The notes beneath the pieces were generated by a model that was given only the letters and a program-made list of their open reading frames with translations, was not told where the DNA came from and did no database searches. From Clostridiales bacterium (lineage in GTDB: Bacteria; Bacillota; Clostridia; Oscillospirales; CAG-272), in assembly GCA_024693345.1 (NCBI GenBank), contig JAILLB010000049.1, positions 1-53,250 on the forward strand: 53,250 bases of DNA, read 5' to 3'. Position 1 is the stretch's first letter, and each line of letters starts with the position of its first letter. Positions 1 through 9,072 of this stretch are shown piece by piece. Both the position numbers and the translations under genes were made by a program.

Positions 1-113
1 AGAAATTCTTCTATTTCGGCAGTCAAAATCTTTTTTCTGTACTTTACTGACCATACCATATGATAGTTTATGTTGCACACAGATGTGCGGTAATGTATTA
101 GATTATTCTTCAT
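1..113 (-). CDS. tnpA: IS200/IS605 family Y1 (HUH) transposase TnpA, 5' part only (runs off the window)
   Basis: Manual translation from ATG at 113: MKNNLIHYRTSVCNINYHMVWSVKYRKKILTAEIEEF, the typical TnpA N-terminus (YHxVWxxKYRKK). Not in the ORF track. Confidence 0.9.
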   Translation of the reverse strand, partial: MKNNLIHYRTSVCNINYHMVWSVKYRKKILTAEIEEF

Positions 114-207
114 ACACATAGTATACCACATTTCCAATTAAATGTACATATAAAAGGGGCGCCTGTATCTCGGTAATTGAATTATCGAGGATTAGGCGTA
201 GTTCATC
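1..207 (-). mobile_element. Left end of an IS200/IS605 element
   Basis: Minus strand: TTAG (211-208), then a subterminal hairpin CTCGATAAT-TCA-ATTACCGAG (189-169) preceded by AATC (193-190), upstream of tnpA. Confidence 0.75.
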
Positions 208-323
208 CTAAAAATACGCACAAAACACGATATAATTATATCGCTAAAGGAAATTTATGATATGGAACGCAAAATATATAAAGACTTGATTGCCTGTAAC
301 ACCCAAAATGCAACAACAAAGCA

Positions 324-418
324 TTAGGGAACAAAAACAAACATATTTTATTAATAGTTCCCTAAAATTTGACAATTAGGGAACATTGTTGTATAATTAC
401 ATACAAAAAGTTCCCTAA
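324..418 (+). promoter_or_regulatory. Sigma-A promoter with four TTAGGGAAC operator half-sites
   Basis: TTGACA 369-374, 17 bp, TATAAT 392-397. TTAGGGAAC at 324-332 and 376-384; GTTCCCTAA at 357-365 and 410-418. Confidence 0.85.
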
Positions 419-430
419 GGAGGCTGTGAT

Positions 431-1363
431 GTGAATACATTTGAACAAATTCAGAGTCTTTTGCGTTCAAGAGCAGAATTACGCTCCAGACTTGCACTTA
501 TCCCGTACGATGGAACTGTAGAGGTGAAAATAGTTGGTGACAACAAATATCTCTATATACGTAAGAGAAAGGCAGGCAGGGTAACATCTACCTATGTCGG
601 TCAGTTCGGAGATGACCTCTACAACCTTTTGCTTAGAAACAGCAAAGAGGCAAGAGAATTGCGAAAGCAAATCCGACAAATCGAAAAAGAACTTGCAAAG
701 CTGGGCTATGAAGAGAACGACCTTCCGGCAGAGACGCTGCTTAATCTGGAACTTGCCAGAGCAAATATGAAGACGATGATATACGATCAAGCTGTTTTGG
801 AAGGCGTTGCTACGACTTTTCCCGACACTGAATCAATCATAGAAAACGGCAAGGTCAACAACATGAAAGCGGATGATGTTCAGAAAATACTAAATCTGAA
901 ACACGCCTGGGAATTCGTTCTTGACAAAGACGTGATACTCGCACCATCGAATTATTATCTTTCATCATACATTGCGAAGATTGTAAATGAGGGTTTTTAT
1001 CAGGAAGGTGGAAGAATCAGAAGTGTTACTGTAACGATAGGTGGCTCATCCTTTGTGCCTCCGGTACCAATTGAATACATAGTCAAGGAGGACATCGAAG
1101 CGATTCTGGCATCTAAGAAAGAAAAAATCGACATTGCAATCGATTTGATTCTTTATGTCATGAAAACCCAGATTTACAACGATGGAAATAAAAGAACTGC
1201 TGTAATTTTCGGAAATCACTATATGATAGCCAATGCTCTTGGCCTAATTATCATTCCTTATGACAAAGTAAGCGAATTTAAGCATAAGTTGGTGCTTTAC
1301 TATGAAGATGAGGATTTGACGTCCGTTAAGGTATTCCTGAAAGATTGTTGGGTAAAAAAATAA
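431..1363 (+). CDS. Fic/Doc family protein with extra basic N-terminal domain
   Basis: Motif QIYNDGNKRTA (Fic HPFxDGNGR / Doc HIFNDANKR variant); QAVLEG resembles the inhibitory (S/T)xxxE(G/N) helix; GTG start after AAGGAGG. Confidence 0.85.
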   Translation: MNTFEQIQSLLRSRAELRSRLALIPYDGTVEVKIVGDNKYLYIRKRKAGRVTSTYVGQFGDDLYNLLLRNSKEARELRKQIRQIEKELAKLGYEENDLPAETLLNLELARANMKTMIYDQAVLEGVATTFPDTESIIENGKVNNMKADDVQKILNLKHAWEFVLDKDVILAPSNYYLSSYIAKIVNEGFYQEGGRIRSVTVTIGGSSFVPPVPIEYIVKEDIEAILASKKEKIDIAIDLILYVMKTQIYNDGNKRTAVIFGNHYMIANALGLIIIPYDKVSEFKHKLVLYYEDEDLTSVKVFLKDCWVKK

Positions 1364-1394
1364 GGATCATTGTTGCGTATTCTGCAAAAAAAGA

Positions 1395-1422
1395 AAATCG
1401 GGCAAACTTAATTGCCCGATTT
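1395..1422. terminator. Hairpin terminator between convergent fic and tRNA-Pro
   Basis: AAATCGGGCAA-actta a-TTGCCCGATTT with an A-run on the left (U-tail on the minus strand). Confidence 0.75.
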
Positions 1423-1424
1423 AC

Positions 1425-1500
1425 TGGTCTGAGTGACTGGACTTGAACCAGCGGCCTCTACCACCCCAAGGTAGCGCGCTACCAACTGCGCCACACCCAG
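1425..1500 (-). tRNA. tRNA-Pro(GGG)
   Basis: Reverse complement CTGGGTGTGGCGCAGTTGGTAGCGCGCTACCTTGGGGTGGTAGAGGCCGCTGGTTCAAGTCCAGTCACTCAGACCA; cloverleaf, anticodon GGG, encoded CCA. Confidence 0.97.
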
Positions 1501-1560
1501 TTGTATTAAAAGTGATTTGGAACGACCGCGTTTGCGGTCGTTCCGTTTTGTAATTGAAAA

Positions 1561-1935
1561 TTACTTAAGTTCAACTTCTGCGCCGAGTTCTGTAAGCTGA
1601 GCAGCGATCTTGTCAGCTTCTTCCTTAGCAACGCCTTCCTTAACCGGCTTCGGAGCTGCTTCAACGAGTTCCTTAGCTTCCTTAAGTCCAAGACCTGTGA
1701 TTTCACGAACAGCCTTGATAACGTCGAGCTTCTTAGCTCCGAAAGATTTAAGAACTACGTCAAATTCTGTCTTCTCTTCAGCAGCAGCAGCGCCAGCGCC
1801 AGGAGCAGCAGCGACAGCTACGGGAGCAGCAGATACGCCGAATTCTTCTTCAAGAGCTTTAACGAGGTCAGATACCTCAAGAATTGTAAGAGCTTTTATC
1901 TCATCGATTATAGCAGTAATTTTTTCAGATGCCAT
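1561..1935 (-). CDS. rplL: 50S ribosomal protein L7/L12
   Basis: [30 protein letters not shown] motifs. Confidence 0.99.
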   Translation of the reverse strand: MASEKITAIIDEIKALTILEVSDLVKALEEEFGVSAAPVAVAAAPGAGAAAAEEKTEFDVVLKSFGAKKLDVIKAVREITGLGLKEAKELVEAAPKPVKEGVAKEEADKIAAQLTELGAEVELK

Positions 1936-1975
1936 TTTAAATATCCTCCATTAAGATTTGTAATAGTTTGAAAAT

Positions 1976-2560
1976 TTATGCTGTTGGTTCTTCAGTTGAA
2001 GCAGGAGCTTCTTCTTTTGTCTCTTCTGCAACCGGTTCTGCTGCAGGAGCTTCCTCTGTTCCGGCTTCGCCGTTCTTGTCGACGATTGCCTGGAGTACGA
2101 AAGCAAGACTGTAAAGGGAAGACTGAAGACTTCCGAGTATTTTACCAATAAGAACTTCTTTGGCAGGAATATTAGCGAGAGCTTCTATACCAGCTTTGTC
2201 AAGAACTTCGCCATCAACGTATCCACTCTTTAATTCAAAAGTTTCAACCTTGTCTGCATATTTCTTGAGTATCTTAGCGGCAATAACCTGGTCTTTGGCA
2301 CTTGTAGCAAATGCTGTCATACCATTCAGATCATCAAAAAGTTTCTCATAACCATTTTCTTCAAAAGCTCTTTTTGCGAGAGTATTCTTTAATACGGAAT
2401 ATTCAACGCCAGCTTCACGAAGTTCTTTACGAAGTGCTGTGTCATCAGCAACGGTTATACCCTGATAAGAAACAACAACACCTGCAACCGAATTTTTAAC
2501 TCTTTCGGAAAACTCAGCTACGATCTGTTTTTTAGATTCGAGTACGCTTGCACTTGGCAT
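1976..2560 (-). CDS. rplJ: 50S ribosomal protein L10 with acidic C-terminal tail
   Basis: YQGITVADDTALRKELRE, VLKNTL; upstream of rplL; start set at the ATG of MPSAS after GAAGGGTGG. Confidence 0.97.
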   Translation of the reverse strand: MPSASVLESKKQIVAEFSERVKNSVAGVVVSYQGITVADDTALRKELREAGVEYSVLKNTLAKRAFEENGYEKLFDDLNGMTAFATSAKDQVIAAKILKKYADKVETFELKSGYVDGEVLDKAGIEALANIPAKEVLIGKILGSLQSSLYSLAFVLQAIVDKNGEAGTEEAPAAEPVAEETKEEAPASTEEPTA

Positions 2561-2616
2561 TAAGTTCACCACCCTTCATATATTTATAAGCTAAGCTTTT
2601 GCTCAAAATGAGCAAC

Positions 2617-2728
2617 AAAAAAATCTTTTTCGCAGACTCCTAAGGTATGCGGAAAAGATTACAATTATCATATTGATCTTTCCTCGGCAGGGAAGCTCAG
2701 CTTTTACAAAAACCTGCTGTCTTAGGAT
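2617..2728 (-). promoter_or_regulatory. L10 ribosomal leader with attenuator terminator
   Basis: Minus strand CCTAAGACAGCAGG...CCTGCCGAGG core, followed by a hairpin and a U7 run (2660-2617) before rplJ. Confidence 0.85.
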
Positions 2729-2737
2729 TGCTCGACT

Positions 2738-2766
2738 ATGTTATCACAAAATCATTGTGGTGTCAA
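2738..2766 (-). promoter_or_regulatory. rplJL promoter
   Basis: TTGACA, 17 bp, TGn-TAACAT on the minus strand. Confidence 0.7.
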
Positions 2767-2805
2767 CAAGAATTTTTATATTTTTAAAAGTTTTTTTAAA
2801 AGAAA

Positions 2806-2831
2806 AGATGTCCCGGTGAAACGGGACATCT
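2806..2831 (-). terminator. Intrinsic terminator after gpmA
   Basis: AGATGTCCCG/CGGGACATCT stem followed by a U-rich tract on the minus strand. Confidence 0.8.
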
Positions 2832-2843
2832 GACTTTCATTGA

Positions 2844-3590
2844 TTATTTCCTTTTTCCTTGGTTTGCAACAGCATCCATTTTAGCTTTGAGAGCTTCCTG
2901 GTCACCGAGATAATAACTCTTTACTACCTTGAAATTGTCATCGAATTCGTATACAAGCGGTACACCTGTAGGAATGTTTACGCCTATAATCTCGTCGTTT
3001 GAAAGGTTATCAAAATACTTAACCAATGCTCTGAGAGAATTTCCGTGAGCTGCGATAATTACTCTCTTGCCTGCCTTCATGTCAGCTTTGATTGTCTCTT
3101 CAAAGAAGGGAACAACTCTTTCAACTGTTGTTTCAAGGCTTTCGTTCTGAGGGAGAAGAGAAGGATCAACATTTCTGAACATTGCCTGTTTCTTTGCAGA
3201 ACGTTCATCATTGTCATCAAGTGCCGGTGGTTTGACATCATAACTTCTGCGCCATACTTTAACCTGGTCTTCACCGTATTTCTCTGCGGTTTCGGATTTG
3301 TTCAACCCCTGAAGAGCACCATAGTGACGTTCATTGAGTTTCCATGTTTTTACAACAGGGAGCCAGTTTCTGTCCATTTCATCAAGGACATGGTTGAGAG
3401 TGTGAATGGCTCTCTTAAGATAAGATGTATAGCATACATCAAAGTCATATCCTGCTTCCTTGAGTGTTCTTCCTGCCTGTTTAGCCTCTTCGTGACCTTT
3501 TTCACTGAGGTCGACATCTGTCCAACCGGTGAAAAGATTGAGTTTGTTCCATTCGCTTTCGCCGTGTCTAACAAGTACAAGTTTCATCAT
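2844..3590 (-). CDS. gpmA: 2,3-bisphosphoglycerate-dependent phosphoglycerate mutase
   Basis: [28 protein letters not shown]. Confidence 0.97.
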   Translation of the reverse strand: MMKLVLVRHGESEWNKLNLFTGWTDVDLSEKGHEEAKQAGRTLKEAGYDFDVCYTSYLKRAIHTLNHVLDEMDRNWLPVVKTWKLNERHYGALQGLNKSETAEKYGEDQVKVWRRSYDVKPPALDDNDERSAKKQAMFRNVDPSLLPQNESLETTVERVVPFFEETIKADMKAGKRVIIAAHGNSLRALVKYFDNLSNDEIIGVNIPTGVPLVYEFDDNFKVVKSYYLGDQEALKAKMDAVANQGKRK

Positions 3591-3628
3591 TTTTATATAT
3601 GCCTTTCTTTAAATAATTCATTAATTAA

Positions 3629-5017
3629 TTATTTGCCAACACAAAATCTTGAAAAGATGTCATCAACTATCTCAATGCCGACCTGTCTTCCGTCAAGTTC
3701 GCCGAGAGATGTCATGACTCCTTCAAGTTCGGTTCCCGCAACGTCAATTGTTGATTCGTCAAGTGCTTGCAATGCACTTTTTGCAGACTCAAGTGCTTTT
3801 GCCGCGCTTGCTTTTTGTCTTGCATTGGTGAGAACCGGATGAGAAATATCACTGAGCTGTTCATCCAAAAACAACTTGTTAATTGTCTCACATATTTTAC
3901 CATAATGCGAGTCGTTTTTGGTAGACATTTCTACTATATTTTTAAAATCTTCAAATTTTGATGTATCCGGATTCGGATTGAGATCAGTTTTATTCAACAC
4001 TATCAGTACTGTTGAACCTTTGTTCTGCATCTCGCGTGCTTTTTCAATTATCAATTCATCATCGGAATCAAAAGATACAGTTTCAAATACACAAATCAGA
4101 AAATCTGAATTTTCCATTTGTTTTAATGATCTTTTGACCCCTTCCGACTCTATCTCATCGATTGTGTTTCTTATTCCCGCAGTATCGGACAAGTTGAGAG
4201 TTACATCTCCGCACACCACCGATTCAGTTATTATGTCTCTTGTGGTACCCGCTTTGTCGGTTACAATTGCTCGGTCTTCTCTGCACAAAAGATTCAGCAA
4301 TGTGGATTTTCCGGTATTTGGCTTTCCGCAGATAACTGTAGGTATCCCTTCAACAATTGCTTTTCCGGTCTTATAAGTTGACAGCAACGATTCAAGTTCC
4401 TTTTGTATGGATTTGATTCTCTCTTTCATTTCTTCTTTGGACATTGAACTCAGTCCTTCATCAGGAAAATCAGTTTCAGCATATACTTCGGACAATACTT
4501 CCTTAGTGTCGTTATATATCTTATCTGTATATCTCGACAGCTGACCTTGAGCATTTCTGTTGGAGAGAATAATGGAACTGGAACTCTTGGCATCAATTAT
4601 GTTGCCGATTGCTTCCGCTTGTGAAAGAGAAATCTTTCCTGACGAAAATGCTCGTCTTGTGAATTCTCCCGGACCGGCCATAACTGCACCGCAGACAAGT
4701 GCACGCGTCAGTACTTCTTTTGTGACTACAATGCCACCGTGACAACTTATTTCTACAGTATCTTCACCTGTAAAAGATTTAGGTGAACGAAAAACTGATG
4801 CAATACCGGTGTCAAGAAGAACACCGTCTTCATAAGTTATGTTAACCGGAAAAGCACTGTTTGCAGGAAGAGAAGAAAGCGGTTTATTGTTTACAGGAAA
4901 AACGAATTTTTCGCATATTGAAATTGCCTCATCGCCTGATACGCGTATGACGGCTATTCCGCCCTTTCCGTGCGGAGTAGATATGGCAGCTATCGTTGAA
5001 GAAAACATTGAATACAT
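3629..5017 (-). CDS. mnmE: tRNA modification GTPase MnmE
   Basis: GKPNTGKS, GTTRD, DTAG, NKTD, C-terminal FCVGK; start moved to MYSMF after GAGG. Confidence 0.97.
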   Translation of the reverse strand: MYSMFSSTIAAISTPHGKGGIAVIRVSGDEAISICEKFVFPVNNKPLSSLPANSAFPVNITYEDGVLLDTGIASVFRSPKSFTGEDTVEISCHGGIVVTKEVLTRALVCGAVMAGPGEFTRRAFSSGKISLSQAEAIGNIIDAKSSSSIILSNRNAQGQLSRYTDKIYNDTKEVLSEVYAETDFPDEGLSSMSKEEMKERIKSIQKELESLLSTYKTGKAIVEGIPTVICGKPNTGKSTLLNLLCREDRAIVTDKAGTTRDIITESVVCGDVTLNLSDTAGIRNTIDEIESEGVKRSLKQMENSDFLICVFETVSFDSDDELIIEKAREMQNKGSTVLIVLNKTDLNPNPDTSKFEDFKNIVEMSTKNDSHYGKICETINKLFLDEQLSDISHPVLTNARQKASAAKALESAKSALQALDESTIDVAGTELEGVMTSLGELDGRQVGIEIVDDIFSRFCVGK

Positions 5018-5027
5018 ATTGTGCCTC

Positions 5028-5054
5028 AAAAAAGGAGTGGCATTGACCACTCCT
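5028..5054 (-). terminator. Terminator-like hairpin between jag and mnmE
   Basis: AGGAGTGG-tcaatg-CCACTCCT followed by TTTTT on the minus strand. Confidence 0.7.
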
Positions 5055-5069
5055 CATTGTGTATACAGA

Positions 5070-5969
5070 TTAGTTGGAAGAGTCGGTTGAATTTGAATTC
5101 AGGCTTGATGAAAACTCTTTGAGTTTTGCAAAATATGAATCCAAGTCTTTTGCCTTCTCTATTTTTCTTGGCTGAGGACGTGGTTTCGAAGGATCGCGCT
5201 TGGGAGTATATTCAGATGCTGTACTCTTACTTGATTTGTTATCCTTCTTGCTGTAGTGTTTGTTTCCGCCCTTGGAATTCTTTTTGCTTGATCTGTTCTT
5301 TTCGCTCTTTGCAACTGATTCTTCAGTTGGCTTTTCTGAGCCTTCCAGATAAATAACAACTCTTCTGTTGCCTTCTGATCCTACTGAATTTGTTGATACG
5401 CCTTCAATAGACTGGATTGTTGAATGGATGATTCTGCGTGAGTATGCATCCATGGGTTCGAGAGTAACGTTTTTGCCTGTTTTTTTAACTTTATCAGCCA
5501 TTTTTTCGGCGAGTTCTTTAAGTGTTGACTCTCTCTTCTCTCTGTAGTTTTCGATATCTACAGAAACGTGAGTATACTTTCTTGCATCATCTTCTTTTTT
5601 ATTTGCTGCAAGATTTATGAGATACTGAAATGCGTTTAGTGTGTCTCCGTGGTGACCAATCAGCTTGCTTGCATCTTCTCCTGAGATTGTCATCAATGCT
5701 TCTCCTTCGCCGTCATCATGAACGATTACTGTTGCATTGAGACCGAGGTTTTCAACGAGTGAAGTTGCGAATGATTTAGCAGCCTCAACTGGTTTGAAAA
5801 TGTATGTTATTTTAAATGTTGATGGGGTTGCACCCATGCCGAGAAAGCCTTTTTTGCCTTCTTCTATCAATTCGGCCGCGAGGTTTTCAACGCTTTCAGA
5901 CAACTCAACCGAGGCAATTTTGAGTGCCTCTTCCTGTGTCTTAGCTTGAACTGTTGTTTCTTTTTTCAT
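5070..5969 (-). CDS. jag: Jag/EloR/KhpB RNA-binding protein (Jag_N, KH, R3H)
   Basis: KKGFLGMG, LIGHHGDTLNAFQYL, RRIIH R3H motif; sits between yidC and mnmE. Confidence 0.95.
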   Translation of the reverse strand: MKKETTVQAKTQEEALKIASVELSESVENLAAELIEEGKKGFLGMGATPSTFKITYIFKPVEAAKSFATSLVENLGLNATVIVHDDGEGEALMTISGEDASKLIGHHGDTLNAFQYLINLAANKKEDDARKYTHVSVDIENYREKRESTLKELAEKMADKVKKTGKNVTLEPMDAYSRRIIHSTIQSIEGVSTNSVGSEGNRRVVIYLEGSEKPTEESVAKSEKNRSSKKNSKGGNKHYSKKDNKSSKSTASEYTPKRDPSKPRPQPRKIEKAKDLDSYFAKLKEFSSSLNSNSTDSSN

Positions 5970-6028
5970 AATATCCTCTGATTAATGAGGCATCATCGGG
6001 ATGGCCTTCTCCCGAAGTGCCATCAAGA

Positions 6029-7114
6029 TTACTTGTGTTTCTTTTTGTTTACGTTTTCTTTTGGTTTGGATGGTGCAGTGTATGATGCTGAAGGCATATC
6101 ATCACTTTCGTCATCGTCATCATCTCCCGGTAACGGCATATCTGTATCGTCATCATCTTCAAGATATGAAGATTTTTCATTGTACATGTCACGCGCGTTA
6201 CCTGATGAATAGTAAGATTTGTTCGATTGTTTTAATTCTCTTTCTGCTGCTTTGTAATCTTCCTCAGTAAACTTTGGCAAAGGCATTGCTTTGTAGAGTA
6301 TGAGTGTCTGAAGTGTGCTGAGAAGGCTGGTGAACAACCAGTAAATACCGATTGCTGCCGGTACTCTCAATGCTACGAAGAATGTGATGAACGGAAGAAT
6401 CAGCATCATCACTTTCATACCGATACCTTGCTGCTGTTGCTGCATGGGCTGGTATGTAAACTTCTTTGTGATAAACTGTGATGCAAAAGCAACTGCGAGG
6501 TTGAGAATCGGTACAAGAATCAACCATGAAGTGAATGTCGGTACGTCAGCCAAGAAGTTATCTATTCCGAACATATCGAAGTTCGGAAGTGTATCGAGTG
6601 TGACATTTGCGGTTGATATGTTGTTTGTCTCAAGATATGAAATTACTCCGTCGAAATTGTTTTTGATTCCGGCAATGAGTTCAATATCTCCTCTGCCTGT
6701 AAGCGTCAATCCGATTTCTTTGAGATATGTTGTGATGCCGGTGATTGTGTCAGCAGAATATCCGATCATGTTTTTTAAAGGATTGATGATCGTATTGTAA
6801 AGGATGAAAAGGATAGGGAGTTGAACAATCATAGGAAGACAACCGGACAACGGGCTGTATCCTTCGCTCTGATAGAGTGCCTGAATCTCCTGGTTCATCT
6901 TCTGCATGGTAGGCTGGTCAGTTCTACCTTTGTACTTGTTTCTTATTGCCATTTCCTTGGGCTTAAGTCTTGCCTGCTTCTGCATTCCCTTTTGCTGTTT
7001 GATTCCAAGAGGAATGAGAATGATTTTTACTGCAAGCGCAATTAACAACAGAGCAAGCAGGTAGTTGCCTGTTAAGTCGTTAAAAAACTTTAGGATTGTT
7101 CCCATTATTTGCAT
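6029..7114 (-). CDS. yidC: YidC/Oxa1 membrane protein insertase
   Basis: GCLPMIVQLPIL, PAAIGIYW; synteny; long acidic C-terminal tail. Confidence 0.95.
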   Translation of the reverse strand: MQIMGTILKFFNDLTGNYLLALLLIALAVKIILIPLGIKQQKGMQKQARLKPKEMAIRNKYKGRTDQPTMQKMNQEIQALYQSEGYSPLSGCLPMIVQLPILFILYNTIINPLKNMIGYSADTITGITTYLKEIGLTLTGRGDIELIAGIKNNFDGVISYLETNNISTANVTLDTLPNFDMFGIDNFLADVPTFTSWLILVPILNLAVAFASQFITKKFTYQPMQQQQQGIGMKVMMLILPFITFFVALRVPAAIGIYWLFTSLLSTLQTLILYKAMPLPKFTEEDYKAAERELKQSNKSYYSSGNARDMYNEKSSYLEDDDDTDMPLPGDDDDDESDDMPSASYTAPSKPKENVNKKKHK

Positions 7115-7383
7115 TGTGTAACGTCTCCATTAGGTGTTGAAACACCTTTTTTTCTTTTTGCGTATTTTTGTACGGGTATAGGATCGTATCCTCCACGACA
7201 GAATGGATTACAGCGAAGTATTCTCCAGCAGGAAAGGCCAAGTCCGCGGAAAAACCCCCATTCTTTAAATGCCTGCAGTGCATATTCGGAACATGTTGGA
7301 TAAAATCTGCAGCAAGGTTTTTTTAGGGGTGAAATACAATTCCTGTAAAACTTAACAAGGGCAATTGCGATTTTACTGAGCAT
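7105..7383 (-). CDS. yidD: Membrane protein insertion efficiency factor YidD
   Basis: CRFYPTCSEYA, RILRCNPF, GGYDP. Confidence 0.95.
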   Translation of the reverse strand: MLSKIAIALVKFYRNCISPLKKPCCRFYPTCSEYALQAFKEWGFFRGLGLSCWRILRCNPFCRGGYDPIPVQKYAKRKKGVSTPNGDVTQCK

Positions 7384-7768
7384 TTGGTTCTCCGTTCTCA
7401 ATCATATTCAGATTGCTCATTGCTTCAATCAGGTTTTCATAGATGTCAGTGCTTTTGACCGAAATAGCTGAGGATCTTGCGACAATTACAACAAGATATC
7501 CCTTTTTGACATCACATTCATTTTCCAGTCGTGTGTACGCTGTTCTGAGAATCCTTCTGACTCTCGATCTGATAACCGCTCCTCCTAGTTTCTTTGAAAC
7601 CGCTAACCCGACGCGGTTTATCTTCTTTTTGAGCGGGTTTTCGCGTTGCAAACGCGAAGCGTGGTAATCAGTCAATACATATACCACAATATGTTGGCAA
7701 ACATACTTTTTGCCGTGATCATACACCTTTTTGTAAAGGTGATTCTCCGAAATAGAATGAATTTTCAC
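7373..7768 (-). CDS. rnpA: Ribonuclease P protein component
   Basis: RVGLAVSKKLGGAVIRSRVRR; GTG start after GAGGAG. Confidence 0.93.
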   Translation of the reverse strand: MKIHSISENHLYKKVYDHGKKYVCQHIVVYVLTDYHASRLQRENPLKKKINRVGLAVSKKLGGAVIRSRVRRILRTAYTRLENECDVKKGYLVVIVARSSAISVKSTDIYENLIEAMSNLNMIENGEPNAQ

Positions 7769-7810
7769 GTGACTCCTCATCTCTTTTGTTTGCGCGTATA
7801 TCGCGCGCGT

Positions 7811-7850
7811 AAAAAAACAAAGCCCATGGATTCAGAATACCACAGGCTTT
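7811..7850 (-). terminator. Terminator/attenuator between rpmH and rnpA
   Basis: AAAGCCTGTGG...CCATGGGCTTT followed by GTTTTTTT on the minus strand. Confidence 0.65.
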
Positions 7851-7878
7851 CGGAATCATTTTAATGCCCGGAACTGAA

Positions 7879-8013
7879 TCAGTACGATAAGCGGGCTCTG
7901 CCTTTAGCGCGTCTTCTCTTAAGTACTTTGCGTCCGTTAGCTGTTTTCATTCTCTTTCTGAAACCATGTACTTTTTCCCTTTGAATCTTCTTGGGATTGT
8001 AAGTAGTAGTCAT
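7879..8013 (-). CDS. rpmH: 50S ribosomal protein L34
   Basis: [44 protein letters not shown], 44 aa, after AGGAGG. Confidence 0.97.
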   Translation of the reverse strand: MTTTYNPKKIQREKVHGFRKRMKTANGRKVLKRRRAKGRARLSY

Positions 8014-8092
8014 AAAATTTCGCACCTCCTTGCGCTCAAATTGGTGGTGACTAGTGCCCGCCAAAGGGCATAAAGCCACAATTACAACGCGT

Positions 8093-8122
8093 ATTATACA
8101 CATAGCGCGTATTAAATGTCAA
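8093..8122 (-). promoter_or_regulatory. rpmH operon promoter
   Basis: TTGACA, 18 bp, TATAAT on the minus strand. Confidence 0.7.
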
Positions 8123-8163
8123 GATAAAAATTTTTAATACTATATAATGTGGTTTGGATGCTT

Positions 8164-9072
8164 CTAGGCATCTAGATATAGGGACTTTCCGGTCTTTCTT
8201 TCGTACATGACGAATGCGATATACAAAAATGCGAATCCAATTGCAAATCCGGCAGTAACATCTGAGAGGAAATGAGCCCCTGCAAGAATTCTTGAAAACA
8301 TCATCAGTGCTGTCCAGCAGAGAATACCTATTGTTGTAATTTTCTTTGCTTTTTTGCTTGCTCCGAGTGCTGTCATCCAAAGAATGACAAGCAACATGAG
8401 AATGGCTTCCACAGAATGCCCTGATGGAAAACTCTTGTGTCCAGTGAGACCGCTCACCTGGTACCAGTTGACAAATCCATCAAAACTTCCAAGTTCAACC
8501 AGTTCTCTTGGTCTTATTCTTCCCCAGATTAATTTTGCTGCTTCGGCAAAAGCCAATGCCGCGCCATATGATACAACGGTGATTATTGCCGGGACATAAG
8601 ATTTTTTTACAACAACCGGGTTGAGGTTTATCGCAACGTACCAAATAAGGAAGGTCATGACAAATATCATGAGAGCCATCATAAGGTAATGCCAAAAGCC
8701 GAACTTGGTTGTAGATATAGTATCCATTGTCTCATAAGCAATATATGCCATGCAGGCGATAACGCCAAGGAATAATACAACGCATATCAGCTTTTCCATT
8801 GTCTTCATTTTTTCTTTTTTTCTGAGCAAATTTAGTGTGATTACTGCTGCAGAAAATCCTATGAAAACAAAAGGCAAAAAATATCCTATTACTGTTAAAA
8901 TGATTGATGAAATCGGATGAACTCTCAGTGCAAGTGTTCCATCAGTTTCGGATATAGCAAGTGCCTTGGATATGTCAAGATCAAAAAACGCGCCAAGCGT
9001 TAAACCGAGTATCACGATAAAAATTGCTATAATGCAGGTGATTCCCTTAGGTGAAAGTATTTTGTTCATCAT
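8164..9072 (-). CDS. PAP2 family membrane phosphatase
   Basis: KxxWGRxRP, SFPSGH, SRILAGAHFLSD; multiple TM segments. Confidence 0.9.
   Translation of the reverse strand: MMNKILSPKGITCIIAIFIVILGLTLGAFFDLDISKALAISETDGTLALRVHPISSIILTVIGYFLPFVFIGFSAAVITLNLLRKKEKMKTMEKLICVVLFLGVIACMAYIAYETMDTISTTKFGFWHYLMMALMIFVMTFLIWYVAINLNPVVVKKSYVPAIITVVSYGAALAFAEAAKLIWGRIRPRELVELGSFDGFVNWYQVSGLTGHKSFPSGHSVEAILMLLVILWMTALGASKKAKKITTIGILCWTALMMFSRILAGAHFLSDVTAGFAIGFAFLYIAFVMYERKTGKSLYLDA

Noticed and set aside
194-207. GTAGTTCA on the plus strand read as an IS605 right end
   Set aside because: The tnpA orientation and the AATC/TTAG pairing fit a minus-strand left end better; not fully excluded.
8014-8163. oriC next to rpmH
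   Set aside because: Only one DnaA-box match, a short gap and no dnaA.
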